Of a stretch of DNA of 64,000 nucleotides, positions 50,053 to 60,032 are shown piece by piece. Position 1 is the stretch's first letter. The number at the start of each line of letters is the position of its first letter. The notes under the pieces were generated by a model. The model was not told the origin of the DNA, did no database searches, and saw only the letters and a list, made by a program, of their open reading frames with translations. The position numbers and the translations under genes are program-made. Source of the DNA: Acidobacteriota bacterium (GTDB lineage Bacteria > Acidobacteriota > UBA890 > WLXD01); the NCBI GenBank assembly GCA_965205505.1, contig CBDBHB010000009.1, positions 1,664,001 through 1,728,000 of the forward strand, written 5' to 3'.

Positions 50053-52277
50053 GCTCACGCGACTTGCAGTCGGAGATCCGCGCGGCGCTGCTCAACCCGT
50101 CGCTACAGCAGGCGGTGCCCTCGGGAACACGCGCCGCCGCGAACCGACGTCGCCAGGCGGTCGGCAGCTTCGCGGCCTACGAGTCCAGCCGTGATCGCGC
50201 CCGCGCAATCAAAGAAGACGCCATTGAGCGTCTTCCCGAGCTGCTCGAGACGCTGACCGAAGCAGTCGACGCCTCGGGGGGCTTCGTTTATCGAGTAGAC
50301 GATGCCGAGGCTGCCTGCCGGATCATCGTCGAAATCGCCCGGCGCGAAGGTCTAACCGCGGCGGTGAAGTCGAAGTCGATGACCTCCGAGGAGATCCACC
50401 TCAACGCCGCGCTGGAGCGCGCCGGCGTGACGGTGCGCGAGACTGACCTCGGCGAGTACATCTCGCAGCTCGATGGGGATCGTCCATCGCACGCCATCGC
50501 ACCCATCATTCACAAGAGCATGGAGGACATACGCAACGTGTTCCGGCGCCGGCTCGGCTGTGACGACGTTCCGGAGACCGCCGAGGAGCTCACCCAGATG
50601 GCGCGTCAGCAGCTGCGTCGCGACTTCCTCGACGCCGATCTGGGCATCACCGGCGCTAACTTCCTGATTGCCGAGAGCGGCACGGTGATCATCGTCGAGA
50701 ACGAGGGCAACGTCCGCCTGTGCACGCAGCTGCCACGAGTTCATGTGGCGCTGGCCGGAATCGAGAAGATCCTGCCGACGATGGCGGACCTCGAGCCGTT
50801 CATCGAGCTGCTGCCGCGATCCGGAACCGGGCAGCTGCTGACCAGTTACATGTCGGTGATCACCGGGCCTGGCTGGGGCGCCTCGCCGCTCGTCGACGGC
50901 AAGCGTAGCTTCCATCTCGTGCTGCTGGACAACGGACGTAGCAGCATGCGCGACGATCCGGTGCTGCGCGAAGCGCTGTACTGCGTGCGATGCGGCGCCT
51001 GCATGAACGTGTGCGCTCCGTACCAGACGGTCGGCGGCCACGTGTTTGGTGGTCCGACGTATCAGTCCGGCATTGGCATCGCGTGGGAGGCGGGCGTGAG
51101 CGGCCTGGAGACGGCGGCGGAGTTCAACGAGCTCTGCACCACCTGTTCGCGCTGCCAGGATGTCTGCCCGGTGCGCATCGATATTCCCTGGATGACGTCT
51201 GTGGTTCGCGGACGCATCCGGGAACAGAAGGCGACTCCAGAAGGGCCTGGCTCAGCGTTGCTCGCCGAGCCACGTCGGCTGTACCGCCTGGCGCGGCGTG
51301 TCGGAAGGCTGAGCGGGTTGATGGGGTTGGGTGTGGCGCGCTGGGTGCTAGAGCGGTTCGTTGGTGTTGACCGTCGCCGGCCGCTGCCGGAGTTACCGGA
51401 TATGACGCTAGCCGATTGGTTCCGTGCGCGTGGCGGCCGGGTAGTCGAGGAGGTAGGCGTCGATCCCGACCATGTCGACGACGAAGCGGAGACGAGTCTG
51501 GTCGTCTTTTGGGCCGATTGCCACTCCAACTACGCGGACGTCGAGGCCGCCAAAGCCGCAGTTCGCGTTGTCGAACGACTTGGCTTCCGGGTGCTGCTCG
51601 TGACCGGCCCGTGCTGTGGGCGCGCCGCACTCTCGCAGGGTGCGCTCGAGGCTGCCCGCGAGCAGGCTTTCGACCTGTCGCGATTCTTGGCTCCATACGC
51701 AGACCGGCAGATTCCGATTGTCGGGCTCGAGCCCTCGTGCCTGACCTGCGTGACGGACGATCACACCAAGCTCTCGCCCGCCAACAACGAGGCGTTTTTG
51801 GTGGGTCTGAGCGTGCGCGAGATCATGGTGTTCCTCGAGGAGCATTCGATGCTTCTCGGTGCTGCGCTGGCGACTCAGGCCCCGCGACCGCGCCACACCG
51901 TCGTCTTGCATGGACACTGCCAGCAGAAGTCGGCCGGATGGTTGGACTCGAGCCTCGGCGTGCTGGAGCGATTGCCGGGCGTCGAGGTAGTGACGACCAC
52001 GGCCGATTGCTGCGGTATGGCGGGCTCGTTCGGCTACAAACAGGACGGTTACGAGATCAGCCGTGAGCTGGGCACACGCTTGGTGACCGAGATCTCGGGG
52101 TTGAAATCGCTGACTGGCGACCCGGTCGACGAGGTGCTGGCGAGCGGAACATCATGCCGCACGCAGCTGGCGGACTTCGGCGATCGCCGACCGCGACATC
52201 CAATCCAGCTGGTGGCCGACGCGCTCGGCGCAACCGTTGACTCGGTCGATGCCAGTAGTGCCGCCACGGGGCACTGA
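50049..52277 (+). CDS. lutB: LutB-like Fe-S protein fused to CCG (GlpC/LutA-like) domains
   Basis: KSKSMTSEE, ETDLGE, CVRCGACMNVC, CTTCSRCQDVCP, CCGR, CCGMAGSFG. Confidence 0.88.
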   Translation: MSSRDLQSEIRAALLNPSLQQAVPSGTRAAANRRRQAVGSFAAYESSRDRARAIKEDAIERLPELLETLTEAVDASGGFVYRVDDAEAACRIIVEIARREGLTAAVKSKSMTSEEIHLNAALERAGVTVRETDLGEYISQLDGDRPSHAIAPIIHKSMEDIRNVFRRRLGCDDVPETAEELTQMARQQLRRDFLDADLGITGANFLIAESGTVIIVENEGNVRLCTQLPRVHVALAGIEKILPTMADLEPFIELLPRSGTGQLLTSYMSVITGPGWGASPLVDGKRSFHLVLLDNGRSSMRDDPVLREALYCVRCGACMNVCAPYQTVGGHVFGGPTYQSGIGIAWEAGVSGLETAAEFNELCTTCSRCQDVCPVRIDIPWMTSVVRGRIREQKATPEGPGSALLAEPRRLYRLARRVGRLSGLMGLGVARWVLERFVGVDRRRPLPELPDMTLADWFRARGGRVVEEVGVDPDHVDDEAETSLVVFWADCHSNYADVEAAKAAVRVVERLGFRVLLVTGPCCGRAALSQGALEAAREQAFDLSRFLAPYADRQIPIVGLEPSCLTCVTDDHTKLSPANNEAFLVGLSVREIMVFLEEHSMLLGAALATQAPRPRHTVVLHGHCQQKSAGWLDSSLGVLERLPGVEVVTTTADCCGMAGSFGYKQDGYEISRELGTRLVTEISGLKSLTGDPVDEVLASGTSCRTQLADFGDRRPRHPIQLVADALGATVDSVDASSAATGH

Positions 52278-52280
52278 CCA

Positions 52281-55200
52281 GTGCGCAACGTTGCTACCCG
52301 CCTGCGCGGGTTGCTCGTCTCACAGTTCTTCGGTGCCCTCAACGACAATGCCTGGCGCGTAATCGTCACATTGCTGGCGATCGACGCGGTTCAAGGAAGT
52401 GGTGGCGCGGAGGCAGCTGCGCAGGCCCGAACCACGCTGACGACCGTCGTACTCACCGTGCCGCTGATCGTGTTCTCGTTGCCCGCCGGCCTGATCTCGG
52501 ACCGCTTTAGCAAGCGCACCGTGATCGTCGTCATGAAAGCGGTTGAGATTGTGCTCATGGCGGCGGCTGCGGGAGTCCTCTTCGTACAGCCGCAGGGCGG
52601 TGTGCCGGCGCTGGTGATCCTTGCCTGTATGGGCGCACAGAGCGCTATCTTCAGTCCGGCGAAGTACGGCATTTTGCCTGAGCTGCTGCCTCACTCGCGT
52701 CTGTCGTTGGGCAATGGGGTGCTCGAGATGTGGTCGACGTTGGCCATCATCGCCGGCACCGCCAGCGCCGGGGTGCTGCTGGGCGTGGCCCCTGTACCGT
52801 GGGTTGCCGGTGCGTTGCTGTGCGTGTTGTCGGTTGCCGGCTTCGTCGCGGCGTTGACCGTTCCCCCGGTGCCGGCAGCGCGCTCATCCGGAGGCTTGAT
52901 GACCAGCCTCCGCGAAGGTTGGAGCGCCATCCGAGCGGATCGCGTGCTCGGGCTCGCAGCACTCGGCTCTATCTTTTTCTGGCTGGTGGCGAGCGTTTTC
53001 TTCCAGGTCATTGTGGTCTACGTGAAGACGCATCTCGGTCTGGCGAACGCGTCCGCCAGTCTGGCGCTCGGCGTGCTCATGGCCGGGATCGCCGCTGGCA
53101 GCATCCTGGCCGGCAGGCTCTCGCGCCGCCGCGTGGAATACGGGCTGCTTCCGCTCGGAGCCATGGCGCTCGCTGTCTTCACTCTGTTGTTCGGGCTGTT
53201 GGTGCCAGGCTTCACTGGAACGCTCCTGTTGTTGCTGCCAATGGGGATAGCAGGCGGGCTCATCAACGTGCCTCTCAACGCCCTCAAGCAGTGGCGATCC
53301 CCGCCCCACCGGCGCGGGTCGGTGTTGGCGCTCACGAACTTGTTCGTCTATGTAGGGATTCTCGCCGGCTCTCTGGGCACCGGACTGCTGGCTGCGGCCG
53401 GGTTCTCGAGTCAGGCTATCCTGCTGCTCACTGGTGTGGGCGTCGTCGCCGCTACCGTGTGGGCGCTCTGGTTACTGCCTGATGCCCTCGTCCGGTTGTT
53501 GCTGGTGCTGAGCACCAACACCTTCTACCGCCTCGAATTGCTCGGCGCCGACCGCATCCCGGCCAAGGGTGGGGCACTGCTAGTGCCCAACCACGTGTCG
53601 TTCGTGGATGCCTTCCTGCTGCTCGCCAGCACCGACCGGCCGATCCGTTTCCTGGCCGACGTCACGTACTACAACCACCCGCTGTTGCATCCGTTCATGC
53701 GGTCACTCGGCGCCATCCCGATCGCTGCCTCCGGCGGGCCCAAGCTCATCTTGCAAGCGTTGCGTGCAGCAGGGAGGGCGATCGAGCGGGGCGAGCTCGT
53801 ATGCATCTTCCCCGAAGGCCAGATCACCCGCATCGGCATGATGCTGCCTTTCCGCCGTGGGTTCGAGCGAATCGTCAAGGGGCACGATGTACCCATTATT
53901 CCGTTGTTCCTCGATCGGATCTGGGGGAGCATCTTCAGTCGGTCCGGCGGCCGCTTCTTCACCAAGGTGCCGGCGCGGATTCCGTATCCGGTGACCATCA
54001 GCGTAGGGGAGCCGCTACCCGCCGACACGCCGATTCACGAGGTGCGTCGGGCGGTCCGGGAGCTCGGTACCGAGGCTTGGATGACACGTCTCAGCGATGC
54101 CGTTCCCTTGCACCATAGCTTCGTGCGCTGTTTCCGCTCCCGCCCCTGGAAGCTCGGCTTCGCGGATGCGACTCGACCGCATGTCAGCCGATTCAAGAGC
54201 TTGGTAGGCGCGATCGCGCTGGCGCGAGCGTTGCGCACGCATTGGGAGGGGCAGCGGGCCGTCGGCATTCTGCTGCCCTCTACGGTCGGCGGGGCGCTGG
54301 TCAACATTGCGGCTGCTTTGGCCGGCAAGGTTTCCGTCAACCTGAATTTTACCGCCGGGAAACAGGGCATGGAGTCGGCGGCGCGTCAGGCAGGGCTCAG
54401 CACTGTGGTCACCAACGGCCTCTTCGTGGCCAAAGCCGAGCTCGAGCTCCCCGCCGGCGTCACGCCGATCTGGATCGAGGAAGTAGCGGCGGAGATCGGC
54501 GCCGGCGATCGCATTCTTGCCATGTTGCTGGCGCTGCTGGCCCCGATCCGCCGCCTGGAGCGCGCCTGCGGCGCTGCGCGTGCGGTGCGAGCCGAGGATC
54601 CCGTGACCATCATCTTCAGTAGCGGCAGCACCGGTGAGCCCAAGGGCATACCGCTGACGCACTTCAACGTCGACTCCAACCTGCGTGGCTGTCTTCAGAT
54701 CATGCCCATCTCGTCGAGCGATCGGCTGGTCGGCATGCTGCCGTTCTTTCACTCCTTCGGCTTCATGGCGACACTGTGGATGGTTGCCAACATCGGAGTC
54801 CCGGTCATCTACCATCCGAGCCCGCTCGATGCCACGGCGATCGGTGACCTGGTGCGGCGCTACCGGGCGACGATCATGTTCGCTACGCCGACCTTCATCC
54901 AGCTTTATACGCGCCGTATCACACCCGGTCAGTTCGGTTCACTGCGCCTCGTCGTGGTCGGCGCCGAGAAGCTCCAATCGGCTACCGGCGATGCTTTCCG
55001 CGATCATTTCGGCTTCGACCCGCTCGAAGGATACGGGGTTACGGAGACCTCGCCCGTGATCGCGGTCAACGTGCCCGACTTCCGTGCGGCGGGTTTGTAT
55101 CAGCCAGGTTGGCGCCGCGGGACGGTCGGCCAGACAATTCCCGGCGTCTCGGTTCGCGTGGTTGACCCCGAGACCGATGAGATCTTGCCGCCAGAGGAGG

Positions 55201-55688
55201 AGGGGATGATCCTGGTACGTGGTCCCAGCGTCATGAATGGGTATCTCGACCGCCCTGACCTCACGGCAGAGGTGTTGCGCGACGGCTGGTACGTCACCGG
55301 CGACATAGGCAAGCTCGACGAGGACGGATTCCTGACGATCACGGATCGCTATTCGCGCTTCTCCAAGATCGGCGGCGAGATGGTGCCCCACGGGGTGGTC
55401 GAGGAGGCGCTCGAGCGCTGCTCCGGCGTCGACGACCGCGTCTTCGCCGTGACGGCGCTCGACGATGCGCGCCGGGGAGAGCGCCTCGCCGTGCTGCACA
55501 CGCTCGAGCCCGAGGACATTTCCGCCGTTCTCGATCGCCTGCGGGCGTCCGATCTGCCGAACCTGTTCCTGCCGCGTAAGGACAACTTCGTGCGCGTCGA
55601 TGAGATTCCGGTGCTGGGCTCGGGAAAGACCGATCTCAAGGCGGTCAAAGACATCGCGCACAATCAGCTGTCAGCCGACGCGCCCTGA
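52281..55688 (+). CDS. aas: MFS (LplT-like) + acyltransferase + acyl-ACP synthetase fusion
   Basis: QFFGALNDN, NHVSFVD, FPEG, FSSGSTGEPKG, EGYGVTE, DRYSRFSKIGGEM. Confidence 0.92.
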   Translation: MRNVATRLRGLLVSQFFGALNDNAWRVIVTLLAIDAVQGSGGAEAAAQARTTLTTVVLTVPLIVFSLPAGLISDRFSKRTVIVVMKAVEIVLMAAAAGVLFVQPQGGVPALVILACMGAQSAIFSPAKYGILPELLPHSRLSLGNGVLEMWSTLAIIAGTASAGVLLGVAPVPWVAGALLCVLSVAGFVAALTVPPVPAARSSGGLMTSLREGWSAIRADRVLGLAALGSIFFWLVASVFFQVIVVYVKTHLGLANASASLALGVLMAGIAAGSILAGRLSRRRVEYGLLPLGAMALAVFTLLFGLLVPGFTGTLLLLLPMGIAGGLINVPLNALKQWRSPPHRRGSVLALTNLFVYVGILAGSLGTGLLAAAGFSSQAILLLTGVGVVAATVWALWLLPDALVRLLLVLSTNTFYRLELLGADRIPAKGGALLVPNHVSFVDAFLLLASTDRPIRFLADVTYYNHPLLHPFMRSLGAIPIAASGGPKLILQALRAAGRAIERGELVCIFPEGQITRIGMMLPFRRGFERIVKGHDVPIIPLFLDRIWGSIFSRSGGRFFTKVPARIPYPVTISVGEPLPADTPIHEVRRAVRELGTEAWMTRLSDAVPLHHSFVRCFRSRPWKLGFADATRPHVSRFKSLVGAIALARALRTHWEGQRAVGILLPSTVGGALVNIAAALAGKVSVNLNFTAGKQGMESAARQAGLSTVVTNGLFVAKAELELPAGVTPIWIEEVAAEIGAGDRILAMLLALLAPIRRLERACGAARAVRAEDPVTIIFSSGSTGEPKGIPLTHFNVDSNLRGCLQIMPISSSDRLVGMLPFFHSFGFMATLWMVANIGVPVIYHPSPLDATAIGDLVRRYRATIMFATPTFIQLYTRRITPGQFGSLRLVVVGAEKLQSATGDAFRDHFGFDPLEGYGVTETSPVIAVNVPDFRAAGLYQPGWRRGTVGQTIPGVSVRVVDPETDEILPPEEEGMILVRGPSVMNGYLDRPDLTAEVLRDGWYVTGDIGKLDEDGFLTITDRYSRFSKIGGEMVPHGVVEEALERCSGVDDRVFAVTALDDARRGERLAVLHTLEPEDISAVLDRLRASDLPNLFLPRKDNFVRVDEIPVLGSGKTDLKAVKDIAHNQLSADAP

Positions 55689-55698
55689 CGGCGCCGAC

Positions 55699-55881
55699 CG
55701 CTCGCTCGTGATGGACACACGTTCGAGCCCGACGCACGAGCACCCAGGAGAACCCCACGGTGCCGGCCTCGAGCTCCGGTGCGACGCGATCTCTCGAGGA
55801 TGGTGGCCCCGCGGGATTCTCCTGGGTGCCCGGTTCCCAACTTGCAGGGTTCGTGGATGGTGGCGCCTGCCGCCCGGAGCG
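55699..55881 (-). ncRNA. Candidate 6S-like structured RNA (strand uncertain)
   Basis: 183-nt rod: 13-bp perfect inner stem, asymmetric central bubble, outer stems; lies between convergent genes. Confidence 0.45.
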
Positions 55882-55935
55882 TTCACCCCGTTGCCTCCGG
55901 GCGGCAGATCGCCGTCCCCCACCTGCCAGACCTGG

Positions 55936-56707
55936 CTAAGACTCGATCACCGGTACTTCGGCGAGCGGTATCTCCGCCGCTGCCGGATCGACCGGCGCAG
56001 CGAGGTCCCACTCGTTGCCAGTGGTCTCGATGACCAGCGGACGCGGCGGTTCGTCATGCCGTTCTCACCGGGACCGCAGGCGCCCGGGTTGACCTGTCGG
56101 TCCTCGGCCTCCCCGTAGCTGACCGTGCGCACTCGGTCTCCTCTCAAGCTCCCGCGCTCGACCAGGAAAGTGCGAACGGCGTCGGCTCGCGCCTTGCCGA
56201 GTACCAGGTTGTAGGCCACCGGCCCGGCCGAGTCCGTGAATCCCTCGACGGTGATCAGGCTGTCCGGGTAGTGCTCTGTCATGACCGCTGCCAGTCGCTC
56301 CAGCACCGGTAGATCGCCCTCGCGAAGCTCGGCGGAGTCGTATAATCGAAATGCACCGGCACGTTGAACGCGAGCGCGTTCTCGAGGCGCTCCACGGAGG
56401 CGCTGAAGCCCACCGCCAGGGCGCGCAGGTCGGACTCGAGTTGTTCCGTTCGGGCGAGGGCCTCGGATGCACGCCTGTCGAGATCGGTGACGCGTCCGTC
56501 GATTCGGTTCAAATCGCCACCCAGCCCGTCGACGCGGTGGCCGAGCGCCGCATCGCCGGCCGCAGACTCGTCGCGCATGTCCTGCTCGAGGCGCGCCATC
56601 TCTGCTTGGAACTCCTGGCGTTTGACGTGGGCGCAGGCCGTCGATGCCAATAGCAGCACGATGCCCGTTAGGGCGATCGCGCCGGTTCGCGTGGTGCAGA
56701 CCGACAT
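55936..56707 (-). pseudogene. OmpA-family lipoprotein with two frameshifts (~56342 and ~56040)
   Basis: LASTAC lipobox, coiled coil, VHFDY|DSAEL, EGFTD..G...YNLVLGKARA, SYGE, NRRV|(A)LVIE. Confidence 0.8.
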
Positions 56708-56819
56708 GGCGTTTCTCCTTGCTGTGGACGGTCGAGTCGGGGACCCGTGTGGTGGCCGGGTTGTTCCGGCCGTGCAGTTCCCGGATCGAGTGATTACGAC
56801 GGCAACTGCCTTTGTTGAA

Positions 56820-56835
56820 AGCAAGGCCCATGCCA
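56820..56835 (-). promoter_or_regulatory. Sigma54 (-24/-12) promoter for the OmpA-family gene
   Basis: TGGCATGGGCCTTGCT, exact GG-N10-GC spacing, ~110 bp upstream of the start. Confidence 0.75.
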
Positions 56836-56950
56836 CCCGGTGGCGGAGTGTCTGCTGGCGGTGTGGGCTCGGACCGACCCGCCACGACAGGGCTTCCGGA
56901 TCGAGTACCGCGCCGACGGCTTGGCGGAATCGCTACCCGAACCCACTAGA

Positions 56951-56998
56951 GGCACTATTTACAGCCGAAGTGTGTAAGATTTACAGGTAAGATGAACT
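56951..56998. promoter_or_regulatory. Candidate enhancer (UAS) sites for the adjacent sigma54 activator
   Basis: TGTAAGATTTACA palindrome at 56973-56985 with flanking TTTACA and GTAAGAT half sites. Confidence 0.55.
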
Positions 56999-57056
56999 GC
57001 TTTCGCGGCCCCGTGTTTGTTCTGCTACCGGGTCTGCTTTGTCCCGTCGGGAGCCG

Positions 57057-58412
57057 ATGTTGCCCACCGCCCTTGTCGTAGAAGATGACGCCGATTCGCT
57101 TGACATCCTCATCGAGTTGGTGCGTCACGAAGGGTTTCGCGTCGAGGGCGCAGCAACGCTTGCCGAGGCGCGACTCGCCATCGAGCGCGAGCCCGCCGAC
57201 CTGCTACTGCTCGACATGCGGCTGCCTGATGGCAAAGGCAGCGACCTCCTGGCCTCGGACGGAGGCGTCGGCGGTGATGTGATCGTGGTGACCGGGCACG
57301 CTTCGGCGGAATCTGCCCTTGCCGCCCTACAGTCGGGTGCCGTGGACTATCTGGTGAAGCCGATCGACATTCAACGATTGCGCACGGTCTTGCGACATGT
57401 GCACCGCCAGATCGAGCTGCGCCGGGAGGTCGGAACGCTGCGCGGCACCTTGCGCTCGCTGGGACATTTCGGCGAGATGGTCGGTATCTCTGCCTCGATG
57501 CAGCGTGTCTACAGCCTGATCGGCAGGGTCGCTCCTACCGATGCGAGCGTTCTCATCACTGGCCAGACTGGAACCGGCAAGGAGCTTGCTGCCCGCACGA
57601 TCCACGCTTTTAGCCGTCGTCGCAGCGGGCCCTTCCTGGCCCTCAACTGCGGGGCGGTTCCGGCGAACCTGATCGAAAGCGAGTTGTTCGGCCACGAGCG
57701 TGGGGCGTTCAGCGGTGCAACCCGCCGCCACATCGGCTACTTCGAACGCGCTCAGAGCGGCACCTTGCTTCTCGACGAGATCACCGAGACTCCGGCCGAT
57801 CTCCAGGTCAAGCTTCTGCGGGCGTTGGAGTCCGGCACGATCACGCGTGTCGGCGGTGAGTCTGAAGTGCGGCTCGACATCCGCACGCTCGCCGCCACCG
57901 ACCGTACGCTGTCAAGCGCCGTCCGCGACAACAAGCTGCGCGAGGATCTGTTGTACCGGTTGCGGGTGTTTCAGGTCGACATGCCACCGTTGAGTGAGCG
58001 GGACGGCGACATCGAGCTCCTGTCGCGCCACTTCCTGCACGAGCTCGGGGTCAGCGAGGGCGTCCACAAGAACCTTACTGCTGCGGCGGTCCGCCGGCTC
58101 GCAGAACATGATTGGCCTGGCAACGTACGTGAGCTCAAGAACGTTCTCTACAGCGCCTTCATGCTGGCGGGGGACGTAATCGAGGTCGACTGTTTGCCAG
58201 CGGATCTGCGCCAGGTTGCCGCCGATCCTCCGTCCACGCAGGAGACACTGGGGATCCACGTAGGAATGTCGGTCGCGACGGTCGAGAAGCGGTTGATCCA
58301 GGCGACGCTCGCCGCGGTAGGCGAAAACCGCCAGGAAGCCGCCGACTTGCTGGGAGTGAGCGTGAAGACGCTTTACAATCGCCTCCGCGACTACCGTTCT
58401 GACGACGGCTGA
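57057..58412 (+). CDS. Sigma54-dependent response regulator (NtrC family)
   Basis: Receiver VEDD/LLDMRLPD/KP, GQTGTGKE, ESELFGHERGAFSGA, WPGNVREL, Fis HTH. Confidence 0.93.
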   Translation: MLPTALVVEDDADSLDILIELVRHEGFRVEGAATLAEARLAIEREPADLLLLDMRLPDGKGSDLLASDGGVGGDVIVVTGHASAESALAALQSGAVDYLVKPIDIQRLRTVLRHVHRQIELRREVGTLRGTLRSLGHFGEMVGISASMQRVYSLIGRVAPTDASVLITGQTGTGKELAARTIHAFSRRRSGPFLALNCGAVPANLIESELFGHERGAFSGATRRHIGYFERAQSGTLLLDEITETPADLQVKLLRALESGTITRVGGESEVRLDIRTLAATDRTLSSAVRDNKLREDLLYRLRVFQVDMPPLSERDGDIELLSRHFLHELGVSEGVHKNLTAAAVRRLAEHDWPGNVRELKNVLYSAFMLAGDVIEVDCLPADLRQVAADPPSTQETLGIHVGMSVATVEKRLIQATLAAVGENRQEAADLLGVSVKTLYNRLRDYRSDDG

Positions 58413-60019
58413 GCGGTGGTCACTGGCTCGAGCGGCCAGGTGAAAACGAAGGTGGCGCCTGGGCCGGGCGGAGACTGCACCCAGATCCGCCCCCCGTGGC
58501 TCTCCACCACCCGCCGGCAGATCGCCAGCCCGATACCGCTGCCGACGCTCCCGCCGGCGCTTGTGAAGAGGCCGAAGATCTGCCCGGCCTGCTCGGCGCT
58601 GACGCCAGGCCCGTTGTCGCGCACCCGGAACAGCCAGTGCGAGGACTGCCGCTCGCCAGCGACCGTGATGCGTGGCTCGGCCTCACCTCGGTGCCGGATG
58701 GCGTTGCCGATGAGGTTCTGGAACAGCAGCGTCAGGTGGTCCCGATTGCCTTGAATATGCGGCATGGGTCCTACCTCGACCTGAGCCCCGCTGTCGCGGA
58801 TCGTGGCCTCCAGGTTGGCCAGCGCCGTACGAACGACCTCGCTCGTGTCGACGTTCTCCAGCTCATCGGAGCCGCCCACCTTGGCGTAGCGCAGCAGCCC
58901 CTCGAGCATCGCGGCCATTCGCGCTGAGGCGCGGCGTGCCGGTTTGAGGTGACGCTCGGGGAGTCCCTCGAGGTTCTGCTCGGACAGCAACTGCAAGTGC
59001 ATGTCCACCACGTTGAGCGGCTCACGCAGATCGTGCGAGATGACGTGGGCGAAACGCACCAGGTCGGCGTTGGAGCGTTCCAATGCTCGAGCCCTCTGCT
59101 CGAGTGCCTCCTCGGCGCGCAGCCGAGCATCCGCCTCGCGCTCGACCTCCGCGATCATCTCGGCCTGCTTGGTACGGAGTCCCTCGGCCTGCCCTAGACG
59201 CACCGCGGACCCCAGCAGCATAGCGAAGGCCAGGCCGCCGATGAGCACAGTGGTGGGCAACGCCGAACGTAGGCTGGCAAGCGTCGGGGGCGTGGGCCAG
59301 ACGTCGATCGCCAGTTGAACCCCCTGGAATTCCACGTCGCGACGGCGGACCCACTCCGACATCGACCCGTTCGGATCCCCGTCGCGCACGAAGAAGCGAT
59401 TATCGGCGCTACCGATCGCCAAGGCGTAGTCGTTGCCGAGCCCGGCGGTGGCCGCCTGGGCAAAGGCCGAGGCATCGTAGACGCAGATCATCGCCCCGGC
59501 CGCGCCGGTCTCGAGGACTACAGGCACCCGCACCGGTACCACCGGGTCGCCGCTCGGCCCCTCGGTGACCGCCATCATGCGTACCGCCGACAATCGGCTC
59601 CCCGGTCGCCACGAGGCCGCGTGCTTGATAACCCAACCCTCGACGAGGGGCGTGCTCTCGGCTCCGTCGGCGTTGATCGACCACAACAGCTCTGCTCGGG
59701 GTGAAAGCCACAGAACTCGGTCGACGGCCGGCGTCCGAAGCAGCACGGCACTCTCGACCTGTGCCATCGTCTCGCTCAGACGCGTCAGGCCAATCCAGCG
59801 CACGGTTGTGCGATCGAGTCCATCGCGGGTGTCCTCTAGCCGGGTTCTCACGTGGGCCGCCACACTGTCGGCCTCCGCGTCGATGAGCCTGAAGACACGC
59901 TCGCGCTCGCCATCAAGCGCCGATTGCCACGCTACAACGGTGAGCGCAGCAAGCCCGGCCACCACCAGGACGGGCAGCCACGGCCAACGTCTCCCGCCGC
60001 CACGATATGCAACGATCAT
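58391..60019 (-). CDS. Membrane sensor histidine kinase
   Basis: ISHDLREPL, FQNLIGNA, DNGPG, GSGIGLAIC. Confidence 0.92.
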   Translation of the reverse strand: MIVAYRGGGRRWPWLPVLVVAGLAALTVVAWQSALDGERERVFRLIDAEADSVAAHVRTRLEDTRDGLDRTTVRWIGLTRLSETMAQVESAVLLRTPAVDRVLWLSPRAELLWSINADGAESTPLVEGWVIKHAASWRPGSRLSAVRMMAVTEGPSGDPVVPVRVPVVLETGAAGAMICVYDASAFAQAATAGLGNDYALAIGSADNRFFVRDGDPNGSMSEWVRRRDVEFQGVQLAIDVWPTPPTLASLRSALPTTVLIGGLAFAMLLGSAVRLGQAEGLRTKQAEMIAEVEREADARLRAEEALEQRARALERSNADLVRFAHVISHDLREPLNVVDMHLQLLSEQNLEGLPERHLKPARRASARMAAMLEGLLRYAKVGGSDELENVDTSEVVRTALANLEATIRDSGAQVEVGPMPHIQGNRDHLTLLFQNLIGNAIRHRGEAEPRITVAGERQSSHWLFRVRDNGPGVSAEQAGQIFGLFTSAGGSVGSGIGLAICRRVVESHGGRIWVQSPPGPGATFVFTWPLEPVTTAQPSSER

Positions 60020-60032
60020 CTGTTACAGGCCA

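Noticed and set aside
55711-55790. Small ORF MDTRSSPTHEHPGEPHGAGL as a gene start
   Set aside because: Overlaps one arm of the long hairpin and continues into no recognisable protein; the RNA structure explains the region better.
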